Assembly: GCF_000143415.4 (NCBI RefSeq)
Contig: NW_003314400.1
Span: 186,001-250,000, forward strand
From: Selaginella moellendorffii
Lineage: Eukaryota > Plantae > Lycopodiophyta
Length of the DNA: 64,000 bases
Reading direction: 5' to 3'
Positions 37,301 to 50,697 of this stretch are shown one piece after another. The notes under the pieces are model-generated. The model was not told where the DNA came from. It made no database searches and was given only the letters and a program-made list of their open reading frames with translations. A program made the translations under genes and the position numbers. Each line of letters starts with the position of its first letter. Position 1 is the first letter of the stretch.

Positions 37301-38523
37301 CCACGCTTGGATACAAGGTGCCGTGGCGAAGATGAGCAACACTGATACCGCCACAGTTGCTCCTGCGGCGCCACCTCTAAGCATGAGCACATCGACGTTT
37401 CCTGGCATCCCTGCGGTTCGTCTCATCGGAGACTGCTACTTCCTGCACAAGCTCTGTCAGCTCCTCCTCTTTTGCCTGGTCTTTCGCAAGAGACAACTCC
37501 CACGGTACATGGGAAAGTCGGAAGTAGCGCCCGTCAAAGCAGAGGAGTCCGCCAACAATGGACCTCGTCTAATGCCTACTGTAAAAACTGAGGATGGCCA
37601 AGTTGCAAAAGCTGCTTTGGTTCAGCCGTCCAAGGAGGAGCCAGTTCATACACGTCCTTTAAGACTGGGAAGTGGAAATGCTGGTCAAGGCTATACAGCC
37701 GACGAGGTCTGCGCATTTGTTTTTGTTTTCATTTCCAGAAGCTCACGAGCTTTAACTGCAGGTGAAATATTTATTTCTCGTGTTGTTAGATCTATGCAAG
37801 AGAACAGCGCCGCTTGCTCATCCGTTCCCAAAGTTCCCCGCTGGAGCGAGCAACCCGAGCTTTAGACTACATTACATTGATGGACAGTTCTCGGTGGTCC
37901 CCGAGATTGTCGAAGCTTCTCTTGGCCCACACATGCAGGTACCCAAAACAAAAACACAAATGGTTGGTCTCTTACGAGCTCCTGGTTCTTTGCAGAATTT
38001 GCCTCGTCCTCGTGGAGCCGATGCTGCGGGACTCCTCATGCGTGAGCTGGAGCTCCATCCGCCCGCGGAAGAATGGAACAAGAGAATCATGTCCGGTGGA
38101 CCTTGGTCCGAGAGACTGGAAAGCCTGGACAAGCACGAGAGGCCCATGGATTTGTGGCCTCGAAAGCGGAGGTTTGCGGAGCGAGACGCTGCTTGCGGTG
38201 TGGAAACCGCGGTTGGCTTGGGAAGCTACACAGGTTTCATGGGCTCCAGGCGGGACGTGATAACTTCGTCGTGGAAGACCGTCCTACACGCAGTCTGGCA
38301 CAAGGTATTCAAACATGGTCTTTTCTTCGTTTTCGTTTTCATCACTCTCTTTCTCTTTGTATTCCAGTGCATGAGGTGTGGACGGCAAACTGCATCTCTT
38401 GTCCCGTGGTCCCCGAATTCACAGGCCAGTGCTGTGCCTTCAAATTCTCGCGAGGCATGGTGGACTGGAAGATGGGCGTATTCGTGTCCGATGTGTGGTG
38501 GTCACTGGGTCCGAGTGGTATGA
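34314..38523 (+). pseudogene. MED16: Near full-length Mediator subunit 16 (SFR6) pseudogene
   Basis: AWCGKTNIIACATETCARDP, FWIPVHLVDPERPTE, FIEWSPPSC, CEHEWRQDQAVVTKW, LGAGPSGI..AGVPIGNPSTIVIWE and terminal WWTGRWAYSCPMCGGHWVRVV*. Introns are retained, but small deletions break frame (near 34880 and 35100). Confidence 0.9.
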
Positions 38524-38879
38524 CACAGGTACACACTACACCTTTTATTTTTCCCACCATGAATCGCCCGAGCTTCTCTTCTTTTAGCAGGATCGATCCA
38601 TCCCATGACCACGGGGCGAGGTCTAAACCAAGAACTCCCCAGGAACAATCCGTGGTCCTCCCCAATCCGGAAGATGGCTTCCGCTGGATGCTCCCGGGGA
38701 GCCCATCTGCGAACTTGTAGGGGCAATCCCAGGAGTTGTAAAGTAGCGACGACTTCTCAGTTGGGATGAATCGTGAAGACCATGCGACGAGGGGAACTCG
38801 CAGTCTCGTTGATCATAGCATTCACGTGTTGGTCATCCGCCCAATAAACAAGAATAAAGAAACAGGATTAATATAAAAG

Positions 38880-39545
38880 TTTAAGCTTTTGAACAGTTGA
38901 TCTAACGCTGAAAGGAAGATTAAAGTTGAGTGAGATTGTGGTTGTTATTATGTCACAAAAATTAACAGAAGAATTCAATATCACATTGGATAAAATTTGT
39001 CATGTTAAGGATTTTAAATTTACAAGACACGCCTGTGAATTAAAAGAAACTTTCACTATATTACCACTTGTTTCAAATAACAATATAATGTTAGGGAGAA
39101 TCAATGACTACGAAATCAAAATCCTAATAGATAATGGTTGTGGAACATTAGCTATATCACTTGATCTTGTCAAGAAACTTGGACTCCCTATAGTTCACAG
39201 TCACAAGTATTTTGGAATGAGGCCACTTGCAGCTGATCAATTGGACAAAGGTTCTGGTAACTTATAACTTGGGAAAGTTTTTTGAGAGAAGAACATTTGG
39301 TGTTCTTAAAGACTCCTCTGATAGTATATTTCTTGGGAAAGATTGGCTTCACAAGCACTCAGCAGTTATTGACTTTAGAGATCACAATGTTACTTTTAGA
39401 GTAAAGATAAATTCAAGGAAAAGATGAATAGCTTGTGTTGGTGCTCCAACACTATAGAAGATCAAGCTGCAGTAAAAATTTCTGATCCTTTTACCTGGAG
39501 AATGCCATCTTTTGCAGTCCTCCTGCAATGGTTTAGGTTGAGATA
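38880..39545 (+). pseudogene. Tandem retropepsin protein, decayed copy 3
   Basis: VKDFKFT..KETFT.LPLVS..IMLG joined directly to RINDYEIKILIDNGC, followed by frameshifts. Confidence 0.8.
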
Positions 39546-40839
39546 TAATAAAATAATGTGATCTTTTGTACATATTGTTCACAGGGCTTCCATCTTTGCA
39601 TAGAGAGACTGATCTTGGACGCCATGGTGGCGAGTCCATGCACAGCCAGGTCGAGTTGATCTGCCATCAGCAATCGAATTCAACCGCCCGTTTCAAAATT
39701 ACAAGATTTAACGGCTCATGCCAAGTCAAGCGTAGTCAAACTTCTTCGAAGCTCACGGAAGAAAAGTAGCTACGTGACTACTTCCTCGAAATTGTTGATC
39801 TCGAGTTTTTCTCTTTTCTCATTTTTGTTCTTTCTCTTCTTTCCTTAACCAGTATTGTCTTTGTTAGAAAAACGGTCATTAAATCAAAGGGATTGATCGG
39901 AGCATTCTGATAAATGTTGCCCATGACACGGCGTCGTCCTCGCAAAGTGAACTTTCGTGCTCCATCAAGATCTCTGCACAACGATCGTCGAGTCTGGATT
40001 GATCCTTTTGTTGTGAGAATCATGATCTTGTTCCATCCTATTGAGCTTCTTTGCTTCGAGAAAATCCACGACGGTGACAATGGCATTTAAGCTCCTCCCG
40101 ATTGCTGTTTTCGTGGATTTTGCCACGTGTAGCATGCGAGGGTTTAGGGCTTACCCGGGAATCTCTCGCGCATCCGGCGGTGTTCTTTTGCTGGTCTTCC
40201 AGGTTACATCTTGTTTCATCACCAGAAGCTATATAGCTTGGAATTGCCGCTGGTATGTGTTTTCCCTCACACACACACAAGTGCTTATGTTACTTTGCCT
40301 GAATTGGCTACATGTGCTCTTACGCATTTAACTGAATGCTTTTTCTTCCAGAACTTGGAGAGCATATATCCGGCTTTTGTGCTTAACACCGCAGGAACAA
40401 GAGCGGAGAGGCTTCGACGTCTCCCATCTCAAGGCACTTTAAGAAGCAGTTTGGCGCGTCTCAACACATTCGGCTGTGTGAGGATCAAGGACCTCTTGGG
40501 CGTCATGTAAGACATCCTTCACGTATGTCACATCCAGATGGAGTTCCTATGAGTATAGTCAAGGCCAGGTTCTACAGCAGGTTCAAGTTTAGCTGTGACA
40601 TGGATGAAGTTTATGAGATGACACAACAATATCAATGGAGCAGAGGGCGGCAAGAAGAAGGAAACGAATGACCGCTAGCGAAATCTATCTACACGAGTGT
40701 AAGAAGTGTGTTGCCATTTTATTTTAGTTTTTGATTTGATAGTGCTATGTTTTTGCCCATCCTCCTCGCGGGACAGCTCCTCCCGTGAGTTTCCTCCACC
40801 ATCCTTCTGCGAGCAAGGACTCCAAGATCCGCGAAGGCG

Positions 40840-41230
40840 GCTATGGCGTCATGGTGACCCCAATGCGGATGGATGGATTCTTGACCGCGACGACGCTGCT
40901 GCTCTCGCTCGGAGTGCCCAGATCTTGTCTAAACCCCTGATACTGGCTCGCCTGGATCCACGAGCGGATGGATGATCGAATCGGTCGTTTTTCTTTATCT
41001 CGCACTGGCCACACAGGCGGACAAAGAGTTTCAAGAGTGGAAGTGGAAGCAATATGAGCTTGCTCAAGGCTACTGCGCAGAGAGCTGCGACATAGGTACG
41101 GCGATCATCGCCTCGGGCGCGCTCAACGATCGCCTCGAGATTTCCAAGCTCGCCTTCCAGAGGATGCCGCAGACGAACCTCGTCGCGAGGATCGCGATGC
41201 TTCGGCCTATTCCCTCCATATATGTACTGT
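40840..41230 (+). pseudogene. PLS-PPR fragment
   Basis: AIIASGALNDRLEISKLAFQRMPQTNLVARIAML is a degenerate S-type motif. Confidence 0.5.
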
Positions 41231-42448
41231 AAATTTTTATTATTATTATTATATCTCCATAAACTTGAAAAGGAATCCCCCGAGAATCCAAAACTATTTT
41301 GTCAAGAGGGAAGTAAAAAGATGATACAATATGACGTGTATGTCTCCACCAGGACAGAGATAACAAGAGCGTAGTCTCAAGCACTTGTTCCTGCGGTATA
41401 AAGCAAGTGTCCAAAAGCCTTCCAAGGAGAAAAGATCAAAGCAAAAGCTTACCGGCTTTGTGATTGAAAACTGGTTCATGATATCCATGCATTGTCGGTC
41501 TTGTCCTCTTTCCGTTGTCATTGGCGATTAAGATCCTGACCGCAAAAGCGGGATATATGTTCTCCAAGTTCTGGAAGAAAAAGCATTCAGTTAAATGCGT
41601 AAGAGCACCAAATACTGAGTAGACAATGAGCAACATATCGACAATTCAGGTAAAGTAACATAAGCACTTGTATATGTGAGGAAAAACACATATCAGCGGC
41701 AAGTTTGTATGAGATTCCAAGCTCTATAGCTGCAAAACCAGGGATCCAATGCAGAACCTCTGGTGATGAGACAAGATGCTCTCGAAGTATGACGTGGTGC
41801 TGACAGGCACACGACATTACCATGGAAAAATCAGCAAAGAGAAAAGACTGAACCACACCGCACCTGGGGATTAGAATGCGCCTAGGCCCTAAACCATCAA
41901 CGAGATTCTCACAACAAAAAACTGATCAATCCAGACTCGACGATCGTTGTGCAGAGATCTTGATGGAGCACAAAAGTTCTTTGCGAGGACGACACCATGT
42001 CATGAGCAATACTTATCAACTCATTTGCGCAGCATGGCTACACTATTCGAGCCATTTATAGCATGTCATACTGTGATCAATCTCTTTGATTCAATGACCG
42101 TTTTTCTAACAAAGACAATACTCGACAAGGAAATAAGAGAAAGAAGAAAAACGAGAAAAGCTCGAGATCAACAATTTCGGGGAGGAATTGGAATATGACA
42201 AGTGAGGAGAAGTAGTCACTTAGCTATTTTTCTTCCGTGAGCTTCGCAGCTTATAAAGTCCTTAAGTCCTATCCTTTGTATGTAAGTTCTTCACTAAATT
42301 ACCACTTTGTTCTATGTAAAGTTCTTCGTTATGTTTTTCTTCTGTGATCTTCACAAGATTTCTTGCAAGGTTTTTAAAGTTCTATAATGCTACATTCTGG
42401 CTCGTAAGAAATCCTGTTCTTGGAGCTCCTCCTTGGAGGACTCTTTTT

Positions 42449-43815
42449 GGTATGGTACCTAAGCATATGAAAACATGTAGGCCATCAAGAACAGAAGTTT
42501 GTAAGATAACTCACTGTGGAATCACCACTCGCAACACCACCTTTTCCATCGACATCTAATCCTGACCTGTTGCAATGGTTTTTAGAAATGATCTTGTTTA
42601 CAAAGTGCTTACCTTGTCTGCAACGAACCTCCATCTGTTTCATAGATGACATCCTTGATAATTGGGTACGGCTTTCCACTCGGAGACAGTTGATAGCCAA
42701 CCTGCATTTCACAACTCAATCTTTCCACTATAAGGTTTTCAAAGAGGACTAACCTCAGTCTTAAGATTGATACCATACATGCAAAACACATTTTCGATCG
42801 GCAGCCGCTCCCATGGAGTTAGTGGATTGAACAACGGATTATCCAAGTAGTATCTGAGAATTAGGAAGTAGTTTAGTAATCACACACTTCTTGAGCTGAT
42901 AGAAAGCCAGTTTAGCTTGAGGATCAAATTCACCCATCTCCTTGAAGCTTGTGCCATCCGATATTTTTTGAGCTGAATAAAACCGCTGGATAGGAACTGT
43001 GTAATTTGCTAGAGCTGCAAGGGCTCCGTTTTCCAAAAACTCACCAGGATAGACCACCCCTGCCAAAGTGGACAAAAATTGGATAACGCATTAATAAGCC
43101 ATTCGTTTGTTACCAGAACTTGGCATGTCCACCTCAAGCACGTCGACAGGCCAGTCTGGGGCAACTAAGCCTTTCGTTTTGGTCGTATTTCTTTGAGACA
43201 GTGGTTTGTCGTCAGAAAACGGCAACATCCACAAACCGGAACTGAAAGTTCTAAGCATGATTCGAGCTGCACCCTATCAAAACGATGTAAAAGCCAATGA
43301 GTTGCGAAGTCCCAACAGCTTTAACGAACCTCTGAAATTGGTAATCCAAACGTCACCCCAGAAAGAACGCCTTTCAGAGCATCTGGAGCTCCTAGAAATG
43401 GAGCACCTGCAAGAGATAGCATTGCTGGTAAGAAGGTTCACAATCCGCCAATCTCACCTAGAGCATGATACGTGAAAATGTGATCGTCGATCCAAGTGGT
43501 GTACAGTTTGGGCGGTACTTCTTGTTTCAACCATTCCAGAAAATATCTGAACACATTATTCCCAAGAGAATGCGCGAAAACGAGGGCCGTCACTCGTTTT
43601 CGCGCATACTCTTGGCCCCCCTCGCAGCTTCCGAAGCGTCTCGAAAGTTAGCCTGGAATTAGACATCAGAAAAACAAGAGGTGATTCTGTTTGAGAAGGC
43701 AAAACCTCAGCCTGTGGAAGTACAGATCTCGTTCGAGGAGAACTGGACCCGCCAATCTCGTAGGGTGCGTCAACGCCGAATTCTACACACCACGAAACCC
43801 ACTCCTTCCATACAG
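42449..43815 (-). pseudogene. PSAT1: Longest PSAT1 fragment (copy 3), extends into C-terminal exons
   Basis: Adds DWPVD, ISDGTSFKEMGEFDP..YQLKK, NPLTPWERLPIENVFCMYG.NLKTE, PSGKPYP.IIKDVIYETDG and GDSTVPY, then breaks. Confidence 0.88.
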
Positions 43816-44459
43816 CCTGATTAACAAAACGAATAGAGAAAAAAAAGCCAGCTTGGATACCTGTGAAATATCGGAAATTTTTTCAAACGAAACTCACCAG
43901 AGCTACTTGTTTATGCTGTTGTCTCAGCTCCTAGACCATGATCCTCAAAGGTTTGAAACCCAACTTCCTTTCCCGATCCTGCTGGTGCAAAGCTCTGTTC
44001 GAGATCGCAGCTGTCAGTGCTCAAATGGAAGCATTCCTGAAAGCTCCTGAAAAAAAAAATTAAAAAATCCAGTGAGCTGAAATCGAGGGGCGAGAAGGGA
44101 CAATACCATGATCTCGTGCAGCCATTTATCAATCCCTGAGTGCCAGAGATCTGTTGCAGATGTCATTCTAGGACCTTGCAAAACGGAGTTCTTCTTTGTC
44201 ATAGCATCAGAGTAGTAAAAAACGCAAAAGAAGCTATAGTCGAAGCTTCTCGACGGCTGAAACTTCCCACGACCAAAACACGGAAAGATTAGCAAAAACA
44301 GTCAAAATGAATCAAGCGGAAGCTCACTGTTTGCCAAGTCATTCTTCCCGTGTTTAATTCTGGCGGAACTTGTTGAAGTGACACCTGACAGAAATTTCGT
44401 TAGAAGAAACTGCAAACTTTCCTCACACGATGCTCACTGGTTTGCATCCCCGCTACTTA

Positions 44460-45233
44460 TTTGATGGGAGTGAGCCTCCTTCTCCTTCCCATGGTTGCAC
44501 AGATGCGTGAGAATGATGGTGTAGAGCTTCGCGTTGGCTGGAACTTCCGCCTTCTTCATGTGTTCCAGGAGTGCCAGAGCCTGCCTGCCTCGTCTCGCCA
44601 TCCTCGCAGTAGCCGCGGACGATGGTCGAGTACGTGACAGCATTCGCCTGGAACGAGCTCGGCTTGCTGTGGGCGATGAGCATCTGGTGCGCGCGCTTGT
44701 ACTGCCGCTTGTTCACCAAGAACTCGAGAAGCCGGTTAAAGGCAAATGCCGTGTGCGTGTAGCCATGGCGGCCGTGGCACCAGTCGAAGAACTGGATCGT
44801 CGCCTCCACGTCCCTGGCGTGGTTGAGCACATCCACCACGATATCCACCACGATGTCCGTGCTGAGCTTGCCGCAGTAGTCGCGGAGCTTGTGCTCGCGC
44901 ACCTCCTCCATCTCCGTCTCGAGGATGTCCAGGAGCTCCTGTGCCTCGGCCGAGATCGCCAGTCGCCTAAACCTCGCCACTGCCGGAGGGCTTGTCCGCG
45001 ATCCCTGGCTTGAAGGAGAGCTCCTCCAGCTTGATCTTTCCTGCTCCTCGATCGCCGCTGCCGCGCCCTGGCACTGGATTATGATCGATTCCCGCCATGG
45101 GGCTTGATTGAGCCGCATTCCCATCGTCGATTCGCTGCCGCAAGGCCACGCTGGAATCGATCGTCCGGGAGAAGGAACAACTCACCGATTGGCGCAGCGC
45201 GATGCCGGCTCGTCGCCACACGGCAGCCTCCAT
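44460..45233 (-). pseudogene. P-class PPR N-terminal fragment (inverted copy; retains ATG)
   Basis: Reverse complement of 27504-28260, with a 12-bp duplication (DIVV DIVV). Confidence 0.85.
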
Positions 45234-45312
45234 GGATCGCTAAACCCTAAATTTCAATTGCAAGAACAAAGAATTTTGGATTGCGCCATCGCCGCCATGG
45301 CCATGAAACAAG

Positions 45313-45603
45313 CTAGAGAATTATGCATGCATTCGACTTGATCGGCTGCAGCGGCTTTGGCTCCGGCTCTGGATCGTGCTGCTGCTGCTGCTGCTGCTGC
45401 TGAGGAGGAGGAGGAGGAGGATCATCCTTCTGGAAGAAGAAAACAAGAAGCAATGATTCAACGCAAAGAAAGTGAAATTCTTCTACCGGCTTGGGGGATC
45501 CCCCGGTCAGCGACTGCCGCTTCTCTTTGGTGAAGCTGATCTGCCGTGGACCGTCCTTCGGCGTTCTCCTCTTGCCCTCTTTCTTGTTCTCCTTCTCCAC
45601 CAT
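45313..45603 (-). CDS. Second copy of putative small CaaX protein
   Basis: MVEKENKK...KSNACIIL*. Frame is open; only in-frame length changes in the P/Q/PE tracts and few substitutions. Confidence 0.45.
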   Translation of the reverse strand: MVEKENKKEGKRRTPKDGPRQISFTKEKRQSLTGGSPKPVEEFHFLCVESLLLVFFFQKDDPPPPPPQQQQQQQQHDPEPEPKPLQPIKSNACIIL

Positions 45604-45729
45604 CGCGCTCCTCTCGTTGCTTTCCCGCCCAGCCAGGGAAAAAAAAGAATATACCTTTTTTTTTTCAAACCTAACCAAATGCTTTATTTTGACCTTAATC
45701 TGGATAAAAGTAAACTCTAGTCTAATAAG

Positions 45730-48700
45730 ATCACTACGTCCCGCCTGGAGCCCATGAAACCTGCGTAGCTTCCCAAGCCAACCGCGGTTTCCACACCGCA
45801 AGCAGCGTCTCGCTCTGCAAACCTCCGCTTTCGAGGCCACAAATCCATGGGCCTTTCGTGCTTGTCCAGGCTTTCCAGTCTCTCGGACCAAGGTCCACCG
45901 GACATGATTCTCTTGTTCCATTCTTCCGCGATGAGGAACGGATGAGCAAGCGGCGCTGTTCTCTTGCATAGATCTAACAACACGAGAAATAAATATTTCA
46001 CCTGCAGTTAAAGCTGGTGAGCTTCTGGAAATGAAAACAAAAAGAAATGCGCAGACCTCGTCGGCTGTATAGCCTTGACCAGTATTTCCACTTCCCAGTC
46101 TCAAAGGACGTGTTCCTCCTTGGTTTCCTGAATAAGAATTCGGCTGAGAAGACATCAAAAAACTGTCGCCATACCTGGTTGGTGGTGTTGTCGTTGGAGG
46201 TGCTGCTGGTGTCGGAACTGGTGCTGCTGCTGCTGCTGCTGCTGGCGCTGGAGGCTGAGATCCTGCGGGAGGACCGTTTGAGCTTGGTGCTTTGACAGCA
46301 GCAAGAGTTCGGCAAAAGCTTGCGTATCTCCACAATCGGGTCAAAAAGTGAGACGCTAGATCCAAAATCACGTCGACGTAAGACTGCACGAGAGCGTTTC
46401 AATGACAGTGTTGTTGCAAGTGTCGAAACGAACCTGAATTTGATGAACGAGAGCTGGATCAACAAGCATGGCTTCACCGCCAAGACCTGTCGGAGTTTCG
46501 CTGGGTGCTTGGTCGAGAATAAGCGTCGAAGGATTAACGAGTGCTGCTTCTATGCCTTTGCCTAGGACTTCCAAGAAAAATCTGGCCTGATCAAGGACAA
46601 GTACTCTTACTTCAGCAGCATCTGCCCCCTCTAACATCCTACACTTAATGTGATCCAGACCGTAATGCTGACGATGACCTGCATTTGGCAAAGAATGAAT
46701 CTAGAACCGCTGCAATTGCCCCTAGAGAAACTGACAAACATAAAAGGCATGAATTAGCACGCGCGGGAGATGATAGAGACATGAAAAACTACCTAGGCCT
46801 TCGTCAGCAGCGCTTTGAGAGTACGCAATAGCGTCCCACCAATCAAGTTGAGTTACCAAGCTCCACCAAAATCTGTTTCATCAAATGGTTGAGCATCTAC
46901 TTCACCCAAAGAAGGAACTTACCTGTCGGCTATCTGGCGTTCCAGGGGCGCAGTTGTAGGCCCAGATGATGAAAGGGATCGAACACGAACAATCTTCAAG
47001 AAGCTGGTGTCGGAGTCTGTGTCATGCCAGGCACATGAGAGGCAGCAACCGGAAGCAGATAGAGCTGGAGATGCAACCAAAAGCCCGACTTGGACGCAGA
47101 AGTTCTCGACCGGAACCAGCCCAGGGCCAGAGAACAAGTGAACTTCGCCACCTAAGAGTGCCACCGCAACTTCTCCCCCGTGACCGCTGAAGCGAACTTT
47201 TGCGATACACTTGACGACGGGTAAAGGCTCTGTTTCCTGTTCCTCGGCCGCAGCGTCACCTGTATCCATGCTGCTCGAAGCGTCCCGCCCTCGTTTATTA
47301 TACGACATGGCCAGCTTTGTCTGAGGAAAGCTCTTGTTCACGACTGTTTTCCATGTTGTAGCCATAGGATGCGACATAGCACCGTAATTCGCAGCTCCTG
47401 CCTCAAAAACAGAGTGTATGGCCACTTGTTGCCGTGAACTTTCCCACCTTTGAAACTTCCATCCGGTCATAGAAGGCCCTCCATCAGGATGTTTTGGGGA
47501 CATATATTGTCCTGTAGAGACAGAGAGAAAAAGAATGAGCAAAGAACGATAATATTGACGACCAAACCTTCAACTATCACAACAAGAAGCGCCGTCCCTT
47601 GCTTTTCCGGATCGAATGCCACTGCTGCCACTCCGGTTCCCCAAGCTGCTACATTCGATCCAGTGGACGCCTCCGGACTCACGTAGGCGGACAAGTTTGA
47701 AATTGGCGAGCACTGCAGCAAAGGACCTTCCTTGTCAGGAAGGTCCTTCTCGCGAAGCTCCTGCCAACTGAGAAGATACGCTGCCAACGATGCCATCCCC
47801 GGCCATGAAGGAGCAGTAAATGGTAGAGGCGACGCACCAAGCTTCATCAGCTGCTGACCATTAAATACGCCTGGAGTGATCTCCCAGATGACAATTGTAG
47901 AAGGATTACCGATAGGCACTCCTGCAACTATCAAGGAGCCAGCGTCGTTGACGATAACATCTGCAGCATAGATTCCACTCGGCCCAGCTCCTAAAACACC
48001 TCTGCTTGACGAGTACCAAACTGGCGTAGAGGAGTCTTTGAGAGGCGACCGCCGCCATCGGAGTTGCACCACACCCGACGATAAAACGATGCAAGCACAA
48101 AGAAAATTCGGCCATTTAGCTGCAAGTTAGCGAAGGTTAGCGCGAGACGGACGAACTTTCGAATGTAAACTTTGATCACCAGAGATTGTAGCTTGACGTG
48201 CTAGGAATCTTTCCTCAAACAGTGGTGAAGTTCCGTCCATTGGTACTGAAAACATAGTTTAAAGCTAAGCCGAGAAAGGATAACTCTGAGCTCACCGAAT
48301 ACTGTGGAGTGATCCATTTCGTGACAACTGCTTGATCTTGCCTCCATTCGTGCTCACAATTCCAGCAATTAAATGCCCGTGCCACATTCAAGGGGCCCTG
48401 AGGAACAATGTATAAACAGAAGGAAAGAAAGAGAAAAAAAGACATACTTTGGATGGTTACGAGAATTCACCACTAAAAGCGCACGCTCGCAGCTGGGAGG
48501 AGACCACTCGATGAAGGCGATGGAATCACAAGGAGTGTCTAGAGCACAGCACAAGAGAAAAAAAAAGAGAGAAAAAGTAGATTCTTGGAAGAATAAAATT
48601 CACTCACCAGCAACCACGTTGAAGATTGCGTGCTCTGTGGGCCTCTCAGGATCGACGAGATGGACTGGAATCCAGAACGTAGGCTTCTGCCGAGAACTAG

Positions 48701-49021
48701 GAAACCAGAATTTTCATCTCGAGAGAGAAACCATCCATACCCTGGATCTCTCGCACAAGTCTCCGTGGCGCAGGCGATTATGTTCGTTTTCCCACACCAA
48801 GCGGCGCCAATGCTGCGAAATTTCAAGCGTCCATCGCGTGTCAGCAATCGCATTCCCTGCCACTGATCGCACTGTTCTTGCCTGAAAGATTTGAAATCCC
48901 TCCGCCGCTGGAGGATTGTGCTGCTCTCGTCATCGCCATCGGCTGCAGCTGGATTCTCCTCCTCGCCATCGCTGCCCTTGTCGCCAGTGGCTGGAGGAGC
49001 CGCTGCCGGGGCAGCATCCAT
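45730..49021 (-). pseudogene. MED16: MED16 pseudogene, inverted copy with deleted 3' part
   Basis: ORF track mirrors 34314-37100 (coordinate sum 83335). Confidence 0.9.
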
Positions 49022-50697
49022 TTAGCTCCTCCGCCGGCGCCACCGAGGCGCAGGGATGCGCGAGAGATTCCCGGGGAATGCGCCTAAGCCCTAAAACCCC
49101 GCCAGTTACACGTGGCAAAATCCAAAACACCCATGACGACATGTATGGGAAATCCATGCGCGGGACCAAAACGGGAAACGAGGCTTGTTTTTGATCGAAT
49201 TCCGTGGTTTGCTTCAATGCCATTGTCACCGTGATCAGCGATGCTTGAATGATCAGTGACTGTGTAGTGGAATGTGATTATTTCGGCATATGAAGATAGC
49301 AAAGAAGCTATTCGATAGGATGGAACGAGATTCTCACTGATCAATCCAGACTCGACGATCGTTATGCAGAGATCTTGATGGAGCACGAAACTTCTTTGCG
49401 AGGACGACACCATGTCATGAGCAACACTTCTCAACTCATTTGCGCAGCATGGCTACACTATTCTAGCAAAAGAAGCATTTACAAGGATGTGATCATTCAA
49501 TGACCGTTTTTCTAACAGAGACAATACTCGACAAGGAAAGAAGAGAAAGAACGAAAACGAGAAAAGAGAAAAGATCGAGATCAACAATTTCGGGGAGGAA
49601 TTGGAATAGGATGTAGGTATTTTTCTTCCGTGAGCTTCGCATCTCAGTAAGTTCTTCACTAAATTACCACTTTGTTCTATGTAAAGTTCTTCGCTATGTT
49701 TTTCTTCTGTGATCTTCACAAGATTTCTTGCAAGGTTTTTAAAGTTCTATAATGCTACATTCTCGCTCGTAAGAAATCCTGTTCTTGGAGCTCCTCCTTG
49801 GAGGACTCTTTTTTGTCATAGAAAATTCCATCTCCTTCTTGGCGTTGGATCTCAAGTAGCTCTCCTGGCTCACCAGCGAGTAGTGAGATGAGGAGGAGCT
49901 CTTGTTCCTCAGAGCCCACTGCCTCAGCCTGTAGCAATCGTTCCAGCAATCGAGCTCTACCTTCGCGGAAGTTCCAGCCAATGCGAAGCTCTACAACATC
50001 ATTCTCACGCGGCTGTGCAAGCATGGGAAGGAGAAGGAGGCTCACTCCCATTAAATAAGTAGCCGGGATGCAAACCAGTGAGCATCGTGTGAGGAAAGTT
50101 TGCAGTTTCTTCTAACGAGTATTTCTGTCAGGTGTCACTTCAACAAGTTCCGCCAGAATTAAACACGGGAAGAATGACTTGGCAAACAGTGAGCTTCCGC
50201 TTGATTCATTTTGACTGTTTTTGCTAATCTTTCCGTGTTTTGGTCGTGGGAAGTTTCAGCCGTCGAGAAGCTTCGACTATAGCTTCTTTTGCGTTTTTTA
50301 CTACTCTGATGCTATGACAAAGAAGAACTCCGTTTTGCAAGGTCCTAGAATGACATCTGCAACAGATCTCTGGCACTCAAGGATTGATAAATGGCTGCAC
50401 GAGATCATGGTAATGTCCCTTCTCGCACCTCGATTTCAGCTCACTGGATTTTTTAATTTTTTTTTTCAGGAGCTTTCAGGAATGCTTCCATTTGAGCACT
50501 GACAGCTGCGATCTCGAACAGAGCTTTGCACCAGCAGGATCGGGAAAGGAAGTTGGGTTTCAAACCTTTGAGGATCATGGTCTAGGAGCTGAGACAACAG
50601 CATAAACAAGTAGCTCTGGTGAGTTTCGTTTGAAAAAATTTCCGATATTTCACAGGTATCCAAGTTGGCTTTTTTTTCTCTATTCGTTTTGTTAATC

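Larger units (their letters stand above)
26300..46230. repeat. Inverted repeat pair IR3: arms ~26300-29560 and ~43160-46230
   Basis: Mirror ORFs (sum ~72716-72807); more diverged than IR1 and IR2. Confidence 0.88.
33371..49963. repeat. Inverted repeat pair IR1: arms ~33371-37262 and ~46119-49963
   Basis: Mirror ORFs with constant coordinate sum 83334-83335. Confidence 0.92.

Noticed and set aside
36858-37865. Long ORFs 36858..37865, 45313..46389 and 26808..27494 as genes
   Set aside because: Read-through across introns and module junctions of MED16 fragments.
34314-38523. Functional MED16 gene
   Set aside because: Exon phases do not join (near 34890 and 35100) and conserved blocks are missing.
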